The position numbers and the translations under genes are program-made. DNA of 64,000 nucleotides from Meyerozyma guilliermondii (Eukaryota), in assembly GCA_051546255.1 (NCBI GenBank), contig CP128821.1, positions 682,001-746,000 on the forward strand, read 5' to 3'. Shown here piece after piece: positions 1-11,760 of the stretch (the stretch's first letter is position 1; every line of letters begins with the position of its first letter). The notes under the pieces are model-generated. The model saw only the letters and a program-made list of their open reading frames with translations. It searched no databases and was not told the origin of the DNA.

Positions 1-41
1 GAATCTATCAGTTGCAGGTAGTTTATTCGAGGATGATTTTC

Positions 42-140
42 TCGCAGCTATTTTATTCGCACCCATTTTTCGCAGCTAATTTTACTGGTAGCTTTTTCGC
101 AGCTAATTTATTTGGCTATTCGCACCACTTTATTCGCACC
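42..140. repeat. Cluster of short repeats upstream of LSB6
   Basis: TCGCAGCTA at 42, 70, 97 and TATTCGCACC at 54, 117, 131. Confidence 0.75.
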
Positions 141-197
141 TGCTTTCTCTATCTATCTTCTTGTTTGTGCACTTCCATGTATCCGTATCTGCCATAA

Positions 198-2057
198 ATG
201 GGAGACAACGATACAGTCAAAGACGATCCTCTTGCTGGCGATAGGTTGTCTAAAAGTGTTCCATCCCAAAATTATTATGGTGTTTCAGCGCCTCAGAGAT
301 ACCATACCGAAGACTACTTTAATGATCCATTTGATAATTCCAATGCCATTGCTACTGAGAGAAGCCGGTCTACTCCTCAGACACCGAATGCGAGACTCAG
401 CTCAAGCCTAGAGCTTCCTTTACAGTACAACACTGGATCTCAAGGACGTCGACACTCGGACTCTTCGGGTCATTTCAACCGGTTTGCCAAAAATTATTTG
501 CTTCCCGCTGCTAAATGGGCTTATTCACCCATTGGATCGAAGAAACCACGACACTCGCCATTGGAAGAATACCACATTGAGTATTCAGTTTTCAAACTGA
601 CGTACAATTACCCTCTGGTAGACTGCGATGGACAGGCAAATGATATGCCTTTTCTGCTTTATTGGGACAAAGTCCTCTTTTCGTTAAGTCAATGGGTTGA
701 GTCAGAGGAATTGAAACCCATGAGAATCCCCAAAGGCTCATCAGGAAGCTATTTTATTTATGGTATAAACGACACTTCATCCAAGGTGATAGTGGGAGTT
801 TTCAAGCCTAAAGATGAAGAGCCGTATGGGCCTTTGTCTCCCAAATGGACAAAGTGGCTCCATAGAACTTTCTTTCCGTGGTTTTTTGGTCGCTCGTGCT
901 TACTTTCTAACATTGGATACATCAGTGAAGCCGCTGCTAGTGTGCTTGACCGTCAGTTGCACACCGACCTTGTTCCTCGAACCGACGTTATATATTTAAA
1001 GTCCTCGGCCTTCTTCTATTCCTATTGGAATCGTCATGCAAACAAGAGACTGCTTCCACCCAAAATAGGATCATTTCAGTATTTTCTAAACGACTATGTC
1101 GATGCCGACTCGTGGTTCAAACTGCACCCACTTCCATCTGCGCTAAGTCAATTACCCGATGATTCTGACATGACTATTGGCACAAATGATAATTTCCATG
1201 GCATCAGCTTTAAGTGGAGCAAGTCTGTGTTGCTTCAGTTTCGAGAAGAGTTGGAAAAATTAGTGGTGCTAGATTACATTATGAGAAACACAGATCGTGG
1301 ACCTGATAACTGGATGATATCAATAAAATGGCTGAAAGTTGCCGAAACTACATCAACCAAAACGCTTCGTCCCATCTTGAAAATTGGTGCAATCGACTCT
1401 GGTCTTGCATTTCCTTGGAAACATCCCGATGAATGGCGCCTGTTTCCGTTTGGTTGGCTCTTTTTACCAATTTCTCTCATCGGACAGCCCTTCTCTGATA
1501 CTACAAGAAGGCATTTTCTACCTTTATTGACATCTACAAAATGGTGGGAATCCACAGTGTGTAAGCTCAAGGCTGTATTTCAAAAAGACAAAAATTTTAA
1601 AGAAAAAAATTGGTCGAAGCAACTTGCCGTTTTGAAGGGACAAGCACTCAACGTGGTCGATGTGCTTCGCAGCCCCAATGAAGGTCCCTTAGAGCTCACG
1701 AGAAGAAACAGAATACTTGTGTGGGACGACGTAATGAGGATCCCTCTTCAAGTGAGCAATTCAATTATGGAGAATGCAATTGAATCAAGTATCCACGACA
1801 TGTCTTTGTCTAATAAGAAACGACCCACAATAGGTGTTATTGAAGAGGAAACTTCTTCGAGCCAAAACATTACCGAGACGACTGCACTTTTGCACCCGGC
1901 AAATATTGACGACAGACATGCTGAATCACTGGCAATTTCTGGGTACGATTACAATACTAATTTGATGGAAGATGGTTCTGAAACCAATACAAGAATGGTG
2001 ATAATTGAGCGAATAGAACCGCTCAAGACAAAGCCTCCGTTGTTCACATACTGTTAA
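198..2057 (+). CDS. LSB6: Type II phosphatidylinositol 4-kinase
   Basis: GSSGSYF, VFKPKDEEPYG, LDYIMRNTDRG.DNW and AIDSGLAFPWKHPDEW motifs of PI4K2. Confidence 0.93.
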   Translation: MGDNDTVKDDPLAGDRLSKSVPSQNYYGVSAPQRYHTEDYFNDPFDNSNAIATERSRSTPQTPNARLSSSLELPLQYNTGSQGRRHSDSSGHFNRFAKNYLLPAAKWAYSPIGSKKPRHSPLEEYHIEYSVFKLTYNYPLVDCDGQANDMPFLLYWDKVLFSLSQWVESEELKPMRIPKGSSGSYFIYGINDTSSKVIVGVFKPKDEEPYGPLSPKWTKWLHRTFFPWFFGRSCLLSNIGYISEAAASVLDRQLHTDLVPRTDVIYLKSSAFFYSYWNRHANKRLLPPKIGSFQYFLNDYVDADSWFKLHPLPSALSQLPDDSDMTIGTNDNFHGISFKWSKSVLLQFREELEKLVVLDYIMRNTDRGPDNWMISIKWLKVAETTSTKTLRPILKIGAIDSGLAFPWKHPDEWRLFPFGWLFLPISLIGQPFSDTTRRHFLPLLTSTKWWESTVCKLKAVFQKDKNFKEKNWSKQLAVLKGQALNVVDVLRSPNEGPLELTRRNRILVWDDVMRIPLQVSNSIMENAIESSIHDMSLSNKKRPTIGVIEEETSSSQNITETTALLHPANIDDRHAESLAISGYDYNTNLMEDGSETNTRMVIIERIEPLKTKPPLFTYC

Positions 2058-2088
2058 AAAAGTCTATTTTGTCTATCCTCTATCTTGT

Positions 2089-3156
2089 CTAAATTCTACT
2101 GCCAGGCGATGCTGCAAAGATTTCTGGAAATTTGTCCGAGTCTTGGCCCCTGAATAATTCTTGGTCAATCTTAATGGATCCATTGTCTATTTTGGTTCTG
2201 AATTGGACCATTGAAAGCAAGTGATACACTGTGGAAAGGACTGGAGTTGGCACTCCGTTTCGAGCTGCGATCTTCAATGGGTTGCCGAGAATCACCTCAA
2301 TTTCACAAAGTTGCTTCTTTCTTACATCCACAAGCATTGACGGCTTGTAGAAAAGACCGTCACCGATATGGAGAAAGAATTCGTGAACACTGGTAGGAAT
2401 CTCAACACCTTCAGATGCTGCGATGGCCGAAATTTCTTTCATGGCTGGACGAAAAAGAGTATCGTTTGCACCGTTGATTTGTAATGAATTAATGTCCAAA
2501 CCGACAATGGCAGTGATAGTATTGAACACTGAATTGTAGACGAGTTTTTCCCAACGAGTCCTCTTTGTATCGTCATCAAGAATAACGTTATTAATGTTGA
2601 TGTCGTCATTCTGGTATATTCTACGGTACTCTTCGCGAGCTGCTTTGCCCACTTCAGGCAGAATATTCGGATTGTCAAAAAGTCCGAGCTTAAGTGTATC
2701 TTTGTGGGAGTTGTTAATGACACAATCGATGTTGGAAGAACCAATGAGTGAAACTCCACTAAGGATCACGTTATGCGGAAATGCCTTGATCATAGGCTCC
2801 TCTATCAAAATACCATTCTGGACAAGTACAATCACAGACTTGGCGGTGACGGCTGGACGAATGATATCCTCACAAGTCATCGCACCATCTGGAATATTTT
2901 TTGTGGTAAGAACAATAAAGTCGTACTCGACGTTGTTCTCGGCTGCCTCCTTGACAGACCTGGCTATTTTTGGTGGTTTCCATGCTTTGATCTCGCCATA
3001 AGTTCTCGACTTGATATAGTACCCATGTTGCATCACACGATCATAATCTGAACGAACAACCAAAGTGACATCAGACTTGTCAACAGTGGTCAATCCTAGA
3101 GCCAGCATGACTCCCACACCACCGGAACCTACCACAAGAACTTTAGGACGACTCAT
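2089..3156 (-). CDS. Ketopantoate reductase (ApbA/PanE/Pan5) family protein
   Basis: N-terminal VGSGGVG Rossmann motif, VLVQNG, WEKLVYN, YKPSMLVD and EIEVILGNP; first ATG at 3156. Confidence 0.88.
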   Translation of the reverse strand: MSRPKVLVVGSGGVGVMLALGLTTVDKSDVTLVVRSDYDRVMQHGYYIKSRTYGEIKAWKPPKIARSVKEAAENNVEYDFIVLTTKNIPDGAMTCEDIIRPAVTAKSVIVLVQNGILIEEPMIKAFPHNVILSGVSLIGSSNIDCVINNSHKDTLKLGLFDNPNILPEVGKAAREEYRRIYQNDDININNVILDDDTKRTRWEKLVYNSVFNTITAIVGLDINSLQINGANDTLFRPAMKEISAIAASEGVEIPTSVHEFFLHIGDGLFYKPSMLVDVRKKQLCEIEVILGNPLKIAARNGVPTPVLSTVYHLLSMVQFRTKIDNGSIKIDQELFRGQDSDKFPEIFAASPGSRI

Positions 3157-3233
3157 TTTGAGTGAATGCAAATTGTTGAAAGATTTGAGATCTTCGCATT
3201 CTTCACCCTTTATCTATGGTGACTCACACTACC

Positions 3234-4187
3234 TTAGGTGTGTACAGAATATGACTTGAAAGTGCCATCTTTTATGCTGTAGTAGTCCTTGGCTTGGATA
3301 ACTTTGAGTTCGAAATATTTCATGGTGGCAGCATCATTGATAATTCCCACAGGCTGGTCGATATTGTAGCCTTCAGCCTTTTTAAATGCTTTTACTCCAA
3401 GTTCATGGGTCAAAATCAATACTTTCTGGGTGATGGTGAGCGCTGTATTCACGGCGGCAGTGAGGGTGTGGATGTTGGTATCCTCATTCTCGACATAAGT
3501 GTAGAATTTGTCAAGTAAGAGAGCGCTGAAGAGATCACCAACACCAGTAAAATATGACTTTATGATGGGAATTTGAAACTCGTTGATGTGAGCGTCGTTG
3601 TAGGCAGATACGGCGCATCGAATGTGGTCGGCGTCTCCCTCAAGTGACGATATCACCACGTATTTGATATGGTATTCATCGTGGAGCATTCGCACGGCTG
3701 AGCGTAGATCGTCGTTGGAGTTGATTTTGAAGCCACACAACAACTCCAATTCAAACTGGTTGGGTGTGATGATGTCTATGATTCTCTCGTTTAAGAGCTG
3801 GCGGTATCGAGCCACGCATGACTCACTAACATACAAAAAACCCTGGTCTCCCATCACCGGATCAAAGAGATAAATTGTGTTTGGTTTTTGAGTTTTGACC
3901 CTTTTGACGTACCGAGACACCTCATCGATGAGCTCAGCGTTGGGAATGTAGCCCGAAAGCACGGCGTCGTATTGCATTTGTATGGAATCCAAGCCGTGAA
4001 AAATACTGGAAAGATCAGCCGACGAGATGGCCGACCCTTTATAAGTACCATAACCCGTATGGTTTGAAAAGTTGACAGTGTTCACATTGTCCACCTCCCA
4101 GCCCTGTGTCTGAAGCGGAAACACGGCAGCTTTTCCGCCTACGTAGCCATGAGCGACATGGGACTGAATCGAAAGTACCGACTTCAT
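3234..4187 (-). CDS. BUD16: Pyridoxal kinase
   Basis: VLSIQSHVAHGYVG, FSNHTGY, DPVMGD, ITPNQFE and FTGVGDLFSALL; ATG at 4187. Confidence 0.9.
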   Translation of the reverse strand: MKSVLSIQSHVAHGYVGGKAAVFPLQTQGWEVDNVNTVNFSNHTGYGTYKGSAISSADLSSIFHGLDSIQMQYDAVLSGYIPNAELIDEVSRYVKRVKTQKPNTIYLFDPVMGDQGFLYVSESCVARYRQLLNERIIDIITPNQFELELLCGFKINSNDDLRSAVRMLHDEYHIKYVVISSLEGDADHIRCAVSAYNDAHINEFQIPIIKSYFTGVGDLFSALLLDKFYTYVENEDTNIHTLTAAVNTALTITQKVLILTHELGVKAFKKAEGYNIDQPVGIINDAATMKYFELKVIQAKDYYSIKDGTFKSYSVHT

Positions 4188-4851
4188 GATGAGAACCGAA
4201 CACCGCGAAGAGTCAGATATGGTTGGTGCACTGGGTGAAGAAGAAAAGTAAGCCCTGTGTGAAAAACGAAGAGTGCGCACTGGATGAATGGTTAGCAACT
4301 AGAAGTCACCCTGCAGGATCACACCCAATATTTTGCGGGGTACGTCTAGTGCATGACGAACGTATCCTCGGCATAACCACCAAACACAACCAAACCTCTA
4401 AAACTATATCGCACTCACTCCCAACTTTCGCCCCTTTTCTCAAACCTCACATATCTCCCAAACCACACCCGTGCACCATCTCCTCACTTCCCAACATTCT
4501 CATACGAGCCAACAACTTTGGGCTGTGTGCAGTATGCAGGGTCAGAAAAGCAGGAACTAACCCACAACAAAGCCTGTGACCTTGTGCAGCTTGAATAGGG
4601 GTATTCTGACACGTAGACACGTAGCACCCTAACATTTAGTCGCGACTTTGCCATAATAAATACTCGATCTCCCCCGCCCCAATATTTCGCATCCATAGGT
4701 GGTGCTTCGCATGACATCTGTACATCTGAAGTTTAAGGTTCAAAATCTTTTCTGGCAACGCAAATCGGTTATCACATTTTTCTTTTTACTCACCACCACT
4801 CTGTCCTTTTGCCTCGCCCCGATTCAACTCATAGCGTAAGAGGACACCAAT

Positions 4852-7800
4852 ATGTCTCTCGCCGAATATATGTTCGACCACAACGCTAATGCCGAAGACG
4901 ACCAGGATATTTTAGATGAATTTTTAGACCAACGAGTCTATGATTCTATGGCTCCAAACACACCGGTCCAAGGCGTGGTCAAGTCAGAAGACTTGTCTCA
5001 TTTGTTTCCCATGCAAGACGATTCGTTGTCTCAAGGCGCCATTCCCAAAAACGGCACGGTTGCTCACTTCTTTACCAGTCCTGATGACACTTCCATGCCC
5101 CTTTCTGACCCTGTGGATCCCACAAGAGACAGCGAATACCTCTACGTGGACCCGGACGTGTACCGCAACAAGGAAGACAACACTTTCACCAGTTCTTTCG
5201 ATGGTCAAATCAAAAGGCTTTCTCCTCAAGATGATCCAAATTCATTAATACAAGAACAACCTACTCGAAATGGCCAAGCGGGCTCCTATCTTACGTCTTA
5301 CGATAGTCTTCGTGATGAAGTTTCGAAACTCAAATTTGGAAATCCCGAAATGAATCCTTGTCCTCCTTCTGTCAATGTCCTTGACCCCTCATATCTCGAC
5401 TTTTCCCCCGCTACCATGGCAGCACTTCCCTTTAAATTGGACATTGCGCCATTACCCAGCTGTTCGCGTGTCGAAACTCAAATCAAGATCAACTTGGCGG
5501 TATCCCCACCACCTCCTCAAGGTCTTCTTCACATACCTCAAGATTTGATCTCGAAGAATAAGTTTTGTTTAATTGAACCACTTTCCACCCTTTCCCCAAA
5601 AATCAAAGAAAACTTGCTCTACTTGGACACCTATGTCTTGACCTCCGACCTTCGGAAGTCCTGCAATATTTGTCCCCGCTGTATAAAGAGAGAGGAGAAA
5701 CGGGCTTCGAGACGCAAGTCCGGCAACGAGTCAGAAACCTCCACTCTGAATATAGACAAGAATGCCCCTGGAGTGGTCAAAACTAACCCGAGATCCTGGT
5801 CTGATCCTGGTATGATGAAGAAAGCATTGATTTTCAACTGTAAAGAGATAGTGTCGTTTCCACGTCCCACCGGCTTGTCCAACGATACCAAATCTCTCGA
5901 GCTCTCTGCGAGAATAATATGTTACTGCAGACACCATAAGGATACTGAAGGCTTTAGGCTCTTGTTTGTGCTCAAGAACAGTAATGATGAAGTGGTTGCT
6001 AAGCAGTTGTCCACGTCGATCATGATCATGGACAGAAAGAAGAATACTCTCACCGCATCTGCTCCAAGATCACTTGACAACTCGGTAGCACCTTCATTGG
6101 CAGGTTCGTCAACCAATCTTCACGCACAAGCTTCTCACCACAACGTGAACTCGGAACACAGTTTAGACCTCATCAACGACACTTTGCATCCTCTTTCCCC
6201 TAATTCTGTCGATGAATCTTCCGAACCAACTAATACTGATACCGATGGCAGGGGACTCAAGCGGAAGAAGTTGTCCATTGATGACTCGCTCAACACTACT
6301 ACAAATCCTATGTTTAATGATTCTATGAACGGCTTTTCGCCTGTCAGCAATAGCGACACCAACACCAACAGTTCCGCGATCAACTTCATGACGAAGCCTG
6401 CTCCGTATTTGGGTAGTCAGCGCAATCTGTTGCATCAAGATATACCGACTATTCAGCGCATTATTCCCGCTCAAGGTCCTATACGAGGAGGTATCGAAGT
6501 GACCCTTTTGGGTTTCAACTTTCGTCCTAATTTGCAGGTCAAGTTTGGTGCTAATCAGGCATTAGCTACCCATTGCTGGTCTGAAACCACCATAGTGACT
6601 TACCTCCCACCAGCTACTCTTCCCGGTCAAGTTTTGGTAAGCTTTGAAGGCGTTGACAGTACTCCCTTCATGGCCAATACACAGCTGCAGGTCTTCACAT
6701 ATACCGATGATACTGATCGCCAGTTGATTGAATTGGCGTTGCAGATTGTTGGTTTGAAGATGAACGGTAAGCTAGAGGATGCAAAGAACATTGCCAAGCG
6801 GATTGTTGGTACCGATAATAAGACCAAATCCGAGTCTCCAATGAACAACAATGCAGCTGCTCCTTCGCATGCAGCAGTAACTGAAATTCTGGGCAAGGAT
6901 TGGTTCGATAGTGCCCAGAAAGCCGCGCAGGCACTCACAAAGTCAGATCTCTCGTTCGAGGAGATGTTGGTTACATTGCTTTCGCTTGTGGATCTTCCTA
7001 ATTGTCCAATTGTAATTCCTAACTGGCAATTATGCAATAAACAAGGGCAAGCATTATTACATTTGGCTTCCATGAAAAACTATTCAAGCTTGATCAAGTT
7101 TTTGATTGCACATGGCTGCAAGGTGGATATTCAAGACAACCAAGGGTTAACACCTTTGTTCTTTGCTTCTTTGGGCGGCCATCGTGAGTTGATCAAGACG
7201 TTTGTTCAATGCAAGTGTAACTGGAACATGAAGTTGTCTAATGACAAACATATCAAGGATTATTGTGACATCAATATCTTGGACCTTTTCGATGAATTAC
7301 AGAACTCGAGTGACTATGGCGATGTTGTGGATTGCGACGCAATTAACCGTGAAGCAAACATCTCCAAGTCGATGAGCATCGATTCCTTAAACTCCATGTA
7401 CTCTGTGAGTGTCGGTAGGCATGTGTCAAAGATGGTTATGGATAACTCGGTCGACCACAATGAGCTGCACGGACCCGCAAAAGACTCTTTTGGGGTTGAA
7501 GACAGCACTTCTGAATTTGCCGACTCAGAATTCGAGTCCGATGACGATGATAGCGATTACATCAACGACAATGAATCTGACTATGGCGATAGATCGTCCA
7601 TAAGTGAAGAGGATGCTCAATCTTTGACTTCAGACTCCACCATTTCCGGTACTGTGCCGCTGTCACCAACAGGTCTTTGGCAAAAGGTAAAGAACGTATT
7701 TAACAACGATGATCTGGACACCCAGTTACCATCGTATGACGACTTGTTCCCATTCGGACCATCTTCGTCTTCGAAGCCCAAGGCCGAAGTTGAGCGTGCA

Positions 7801-8193
7801 CTCAATGCTGATAACGGATCTGAAGGCAGTTCGAGCCAACTCTCAAAGACCGCAGACGAACCAGTGACTATTGACGAGACAAATGAGGATGGGGGTTTAT
7901 CTTCTGATTCGTCCGACGATATTGTGGCTTTTATTAATCACCCCAGAAAGAATGTTGAAAACGACAAGATGTTGCTATTTTTCTGGGTTCCAATGTTGAT
8001 CGGAATTCTTGCTTTATTTTTCTCGGTTTCGGTGATGGGCTACAAGTTTGAGTTCATCGAATCGATCAAGACCAACATAAGATCAGTTATTGGAGACGCC
8101 ATGGTTGGAAAGGAGAGAATCAGCCGCGTGTTCAAGAGTAATAACGGAGACCTGGTTCTCGAGGCTACTCGTAGAATGATTAATGAGATTTAA
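4852..8193 (+). CDS. MGA2: ER membrane-bound transcription factor Mga2/Spt23 (IPT/TIG, ankyrin, C-terminal TM)
   Basis: SRVETQIK, RIICYCRHH, IPAQGPIRGGIEVTLLG, ankyrin repeats and NDKMLLFFW TM segment. Confidence 0.92.
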   Translation: MSLAEYMFDHNANAEDDQDILDEFLDQRVYDSMAPNTPVQGVVKSEDLSHLFPMQDDSLSQGAIPKNGTVAHFFTSPDDTSMPLSDPVDPTRDSEYLYVDPDVYRNKEDNTFTSSFDGQIKRLSPQDDPNSLIQEQPTRNGQAGSYLTSYDSLRDEVSKLKFGNPEMNPCPPSVNVLDPSYLDFSPATMAALPFKLDIAPLPSCSRVETQIKINLAVSPPPPQGLLHIPQDLISKNKFCLIEPLSTLSPKIKENLLYLDTYVLTSDLRKSCNICPRCIKREEKRASRRKSGNESETSTLNIDKNAPGVVKTNPRSWSDPGMMKKALIFNCKEIVSFPRPTGLSNDTKSLELSARIICYCRHHKDTEGFRLLFVLKNSNDEVVAKQLSTSIMIMDRKKNTLTASAPRSLDNSVAPSLAGSSTNLHAQASHHNVNSEHSLDLINDTLHPLSPNSVDESSEPTNTDTDGRGLKRKKLSIDDSLNTTTNPMFNDSMNGFSPVSNSDTNTNSSAINFMTKPAPYLGSQRNLLHQDIPTIQRIIPAQGPIRGGIEVTLLGFNFRPNLQVKFGANQALATHCWSETTIVTYLPPATLPGQVLVSFEGVDSTPFMANTQLQVFTYTDDTDRQLIELALQIVGLKMNGKLEDAKNIAKRIVGTDNKTKSESPMNNNAAAPSHAAVTEILGKDWFDSAQKAAQALTKSDLSFEEMLVTLLSLVDLPNCPIVIPNWQLCNKQGQALLHLASMKNYSSLIKFLIAHGCKVDIQDNQGLTPLFFASLGGHRELIKTFVQCKCNWNMKLSNDKHIKDYCDINILDLFDELQNSSDYGDVVDCDAINREANISKSMSIDSLNSMYSVSVGRHVSKMVMDNSVDHNELHGPAKDSFGVEDSTSEFADSEFESDDDDSDYINDNESDYGDRSSISEEDAQSLTSDSTISGTVPLSPTGLWQKVKNVFNNDDLDTQLPSYDDLFPFGPSSSSKPKAEVERALNADNGSEGSSSQLSKTADEPVTIDETNEDGGLSSDSSDDIVAFINHPRKNVENDKMLLFFWVPMLIGILALFFSVSVMGYKFEFIESIKTNIRSVIGDAMVGKERISRVFKSNNGDLVLEATRRMINEI

Positions 8194-8262
8194 TATATAT
8201 AGGTTATTTTGGTTGCCATAGTAGTTCGTTTACGTAATTTTCATCCTATCATCAATCAACCA

Positions 8263-9051
8263 ATGTCATCTGAAGTGAACCGAAGAATATTGCTCCTCAA
8301 GAACAAAACCACCCCTCGAGATCCGTACCATGATGTGTTTACAGATGCTGGGTTCGAGCCCACCTTCATACCTTTGCTCAAACATGGACATGTTGACCGT
8401 GAAAAATCGATAGAGTACTTTACAGGTGAAGAATTCTTGCTGATTCCAGTGTTTATAATAACGAGCCAGCGGGCGGTAGAGTGCTTGAATGAGTGCTTAG
8501 AACATGTTAGTCTGGAAATAAAGACCGTCATACACGAAAAGACAGTTTATACTGTGGGTCCAGCTACAACCGAGGTGCTTCGAGAAGCCGGATTTACCAA
8601 TATAAAAGGTGGTTCCGATGCTGGAAACGGTTCGGTGTTGTCAGATATCATAATCAAAGATGTCCAGGAAGGCGGACCGTCAAAGATGATATTTCTTACT
8701 GGAGAAATTAGAAAAGACATCATCCCACGGAAACTCAAGCAAGCCAAGATTGACCTTATTGAGAAAGTCATATACAAAACTGAACCTCGAGACGACATAG
8801 TTAGCAACTTCCACTCGAGCAGCAAGGATGTTCGTTGGGTGGTATTTTTCAGTCCGCAAGGAACCGTTCCCATAGTAGAGCATTTGCAAGGTGCTGAACG
8901 CAGCAGCGCCATGGGTCCCTTTGTGGCCTCGATTGGACCCACCACCGAGGAGTACCTTCAGAGTTATAGCATAGGCATTGACGCAGTTGCATCCAAGCCC
9001 GAAGCCAAGTCGTTGTTGGCAGCAATTACGGCGTACGAACACCAAAACTAG
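8263..9051 (+). CDS. HEM4: Uroporphyrinogen-III synthase
   Basis: ILLLKNKTTP.DPY, IITSQRAVE, YTVGPAT, VFFSPQG and SIGPTT; first ATG at 8263. Confidence 0.93.
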   Translation: MSSEVNRRILLLKNKTTPRDPYHDVFTDAGFEPTFIPLLKHGHVDREKSIEYFTGEEFLLIPVFIITSQRAVECLNECLEHVSLEIKTVIHEKTVYTVGPATTEVLREAGFTNIKGGSDAGNGSVLSDIIIKDVQEGGPSKMIFLTGEIRKDIIPRKLKQAKIDLIEKVIYKTEPRDDIVSNFHSSSKDVRWVVFFSPQGTVPIVEHLQGAERSSAMGPFVASIGPTTEEYLQSYSIGIDAVASKPEAKSLLAAITAYEHQN

Positions 9052-9096
9052 AAACACATGTATACATTCGTCGAATAAATACTGAGTAAGTTATGA

Positions 9097-11109
9097 TTAC
9101 TTACGTGAAGCTTTTACGACCTCGATCACTTGGGAAACCACCTGGGGGTTCGACAATGTAGAGATGTCGCCCAATTGATCTTCTTCGCCTGCCAACACCT
9201 TTCTCAAGATTCTTCTCATGATCTTTCCAGATCTCGTCTTGGGAAGATCATCCACCAATAAGATCAACTTTGGAGCAGCGAAAGGACCGATTTCCTTCCG
9301 AACCGTCAAGATCAACTCTTTCTTGATAGCTTCCAAGTCGTCGACCTCGACATTGGATTTCAAAGATACGTACGCAGCCACAGCCTGACCAGTCAACTCG
9401 TCAGCGTAGCCAACCACAGCACTTTCTCCCACCAATTCATGTTCGATCAAGGCAGCTTCGATTTCAGCAGTTGACAATCTATGACCAGATACATTGACAA
9501 CATCGTCGACTCTACCCAAAATCCAGAAAAAGCCATCCTTGTCTCTGGCAGCACCATCTCCCAGGAAATAATGGTTAGGGTATGGCTTCAAGTATGTTTC
9601 AATGTACCTGGCGTAGTCGTGGTAAATACCTCTAGTGATAGACGGCCAGGCAGACTTGACACACAACACACCCTCGACGTTGTTATCCACCAAATCCTTG
9701 CCTGAGACTGGGTCCAAGATTCTAGCGTCAATACCGAAAAATGGCAACGAAGCAGAACCAGGTTTGGTTGGGGTCACACCAGCCAAAGGAGTCAACAAGT
9801 GTGAACCCGATTCAGTTTGCCAGTAGGTGTCTACAATATGAGCCTTTCCGCGGCCAATATTGTCGTTGTACCAGTGCCATACCTCAGCAGCAATGGGTTC
9901 ACCAACAGAGCCCAAAACACGAAGAGAGCTCAAATCGTGCTTTTCAACGTACTTTGTGCCGGCTCTCTTGAGGAGACGCAAAGCAGTGGGTGCAACATAA
10001 AACTGGTTCACCTTGTACTTGTCGACGACGTCCCAGTATCTAGAATAGTCGGGATAAGCTGGGGTTCCCTCGAAGACGACTGTAGTCGCACCACACAATA
10101 ATGGACCGTAAACCACATAAGTGTGGCCAGTAATCCAGCCCACATCTCCAGCGGTGAAGATGATGTCTTCCTCGTGGAGATCAAAGGTGTACTTAGCCGT
10201 CATTAATGCACCCAAAAGGTAACCTGCGGTGTTGTGCTGAACACCCTTTGGTTTTCCGGTGGAACCAGAAGTGTACAACAAGAACAATGGATCCTCAGAG
10301 TTAACTGGTACGGGAGGGAAATATGGTCCGTATTTCTGCAACTCATCGTGCCACCAAAGATCACGGCCAGCCAGGAATGGGACATGAGAGTTTCCGGTTC
10401 TCTTGAACACAAGCACGTTGCGCACATGGGGACATTCCTTCAATGCGTCGTCCACGATTTTTTTCGTCTCGATGGTCTTTCCGCCTCTCTTGGACTCATC
10501 GGCGGTGATGACGATTCTGGAGTCGGCATCGATGATTCTGTCCCGCAACGACGTGGACGAGAAACCAGCAAACACCACGGAATGGAGCGCACCAATTCTA
10601 ACGATAGCCAAGAGAGTCACAATTGCTTCTGGGATCATGGGCAAATAAACCGCTACGGAGTCGCCTTTCTTGACTCCGAGATTGGTAAGAGTAGCTGCCA
10701 ACTTGCTGACATCCTTGAGCAATTCACCATAGGTGATGGTTCTGCCTTCGTTGACCTCGTCAGCCTCGTAAATGATGGCGGGTTTTTCTGGGTTTTTCAT
10801 CGCCCATCTGTCCACAGCATTGTACGAAGCGTTCAATTGACCATTGATGAACCAAGATGGAATATCTCCATTTTTAAAGTCGTCTTTAGGATCAACGGGA
10901 AATCTCGTGTAGTCAAACGGTCTGTCCCAGTCCAAGAACAGTTTCGCAGCATTTCCAAAAAACGTGGCCGGGTCTTCGATCGACTGTTTGTAGAGCTTTT
11001 TATACTCGTCCAACGAGGCAAGATTAGGTTTGGAAGTGGACCTCTCGAAAAATCCTTTTGGCGGATCGAGCATTTTCTCGTGGTCCAAGTGATCTGTACT
11101 TTCAGGCAT
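9097..11109 (-). CDS. ACS1: Acetyl-CoA synthetase, Acs1 type
   Basis: [18 protein letters not shown] and [17 protein letters not shown]-terminus and [16 protein letters not shown] resemble Candida Acs1 rather than Acs2. Confidence 0.9.
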   Translation of the reverse strand: MPESTDHLDHEKMLDPPKGFFERSTSKPNLASLDEYKKLYKQSIEDPATFFGNAAKLFLDWDRPFDYTRFPVDPKDDFKNGDIPSWFINGQLNASYNAVDRWAMKNPEKPAIIYEADEVNEGRTITYGELLKDVSKLAATLTNLGVKKGDSVAVYLPMIPEAIVTLLAIVRIGALHSVVFAGFSSTSLRDRIIDADSRIVITADESKRGGKTIETKKIVDDALKECPHVRNVLVFKRTGNSHVPFLAGRDLWWHDELQKYGPYFPPVPVNSEDPLFLLYTSGSTGKPKGVQHNTAGYLLGALMTAKYTFDLHEEDIIFTAGDVGWITGHTYVVYGPLLCGATTVVFEGTPAYPDYSRYWDVVDKYKVNQFYVAPTALRLLKRAGTKYVEKHDLSSLRVLGSVGEPIAAEVWHWYNDNIGRGKAHIVDTYWQTESGSHLLTPLAGVTPTKPGSASLPFFGIDARILDPVSGKDLVDNNVEGVLCVKSAWPSITRGIYHDYARYIETYLKPYPNHYFLGDGAARDKDGFFWILGRVDDVVNVSGHRLSTAEIEAALIEHELVGESAVVGYADELTGQAVAAYVSLKSNVEVDDLEAIKKELILTVRKEIGPFAAPKLILLVDDLPKTRSGKIMRRILRKVLAGEEDQLGDISTLSNPQVVSQVIEVVKASRK

Positions 11110-11190
11110 GTTCTTGGGAAGTGGCTGTTGTTAATTGAATCGTGGTCCAATGATTGGCCTCTCCTTAAATACAGTGCCGGCGTTAGGCAC

Positions 11191-11379
11191 CCCCACAAAC
11201 CATTCGCGCGAAATGTTGAGTTTCCCCTCCCCCGGATTTGGTCACGAGAAGGTTCGGAGATGCGCTGACGACTCCAGGTGTCGGGTTTGGGTGTGTCCGG
11301 GGTGGTAATGGGTTTAGATGCCAGTGTAGATGCTTGGCAAAAGTGACCGAAGCGCCGGGGACACAGAAAAATTGTGGGG
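11191..11379. promoter_or_regulatory. Three Mig1/CreA-type SYGGGG boxes upstream of ACS1
   Basis: CCCCAC 11191, CCCCGG(ATTT) 11230 and (AAAAATT)GTGGGG 11374; fits glucose repression of ACS1. Confidence 0.5.
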
Positions 11380-11703
11380 CAACTGTGTAGCGATACGGAC
11401 TGTGCGCAACGCCGGTGCGTAATACGAGGTGATTAACGTAATTGGAATGGGGTACAGCGGTGATAAGACAAGAGAAAGAAAGGAGAGAGTTCTTGATTTT
11501 ATTGATGTTAACGAGATCTACTTTCATCAACATCCTTCTTTTTCTCTTCTTTTGCTTTTTCTTTTTCTTTTCTCTTCATCTTCTTGCACCATTGTCGCCC
11601 CGCTGCAACGCTTGCAATATCCTATTTGAGCGAGCAGCGGTAGAATAGGCTAAACATTTACGACAGGCGAAATGATAGATGGTCGCAAATATTACTACTG
11701 TTA

Positions 11704-11760
11704 ATCTACCATCTACTACCATCTACTTCCATCTACTACCACTATCTATCATATACTACC
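11704..11760. repeat. Degenerate 10-bp tandem repeat (ATCTACTACC)
   Basis: atctacc atctactacc atctacttcc atctactacc actatctatc atatactacc. Confidence 0.75.

Noticed and set aside
10234..11268. 344-aa ORF antisense to ACS1
   Set aside because: Shadow ORF expected from the codon bias of a highly expressed gene; no recognisable motifs
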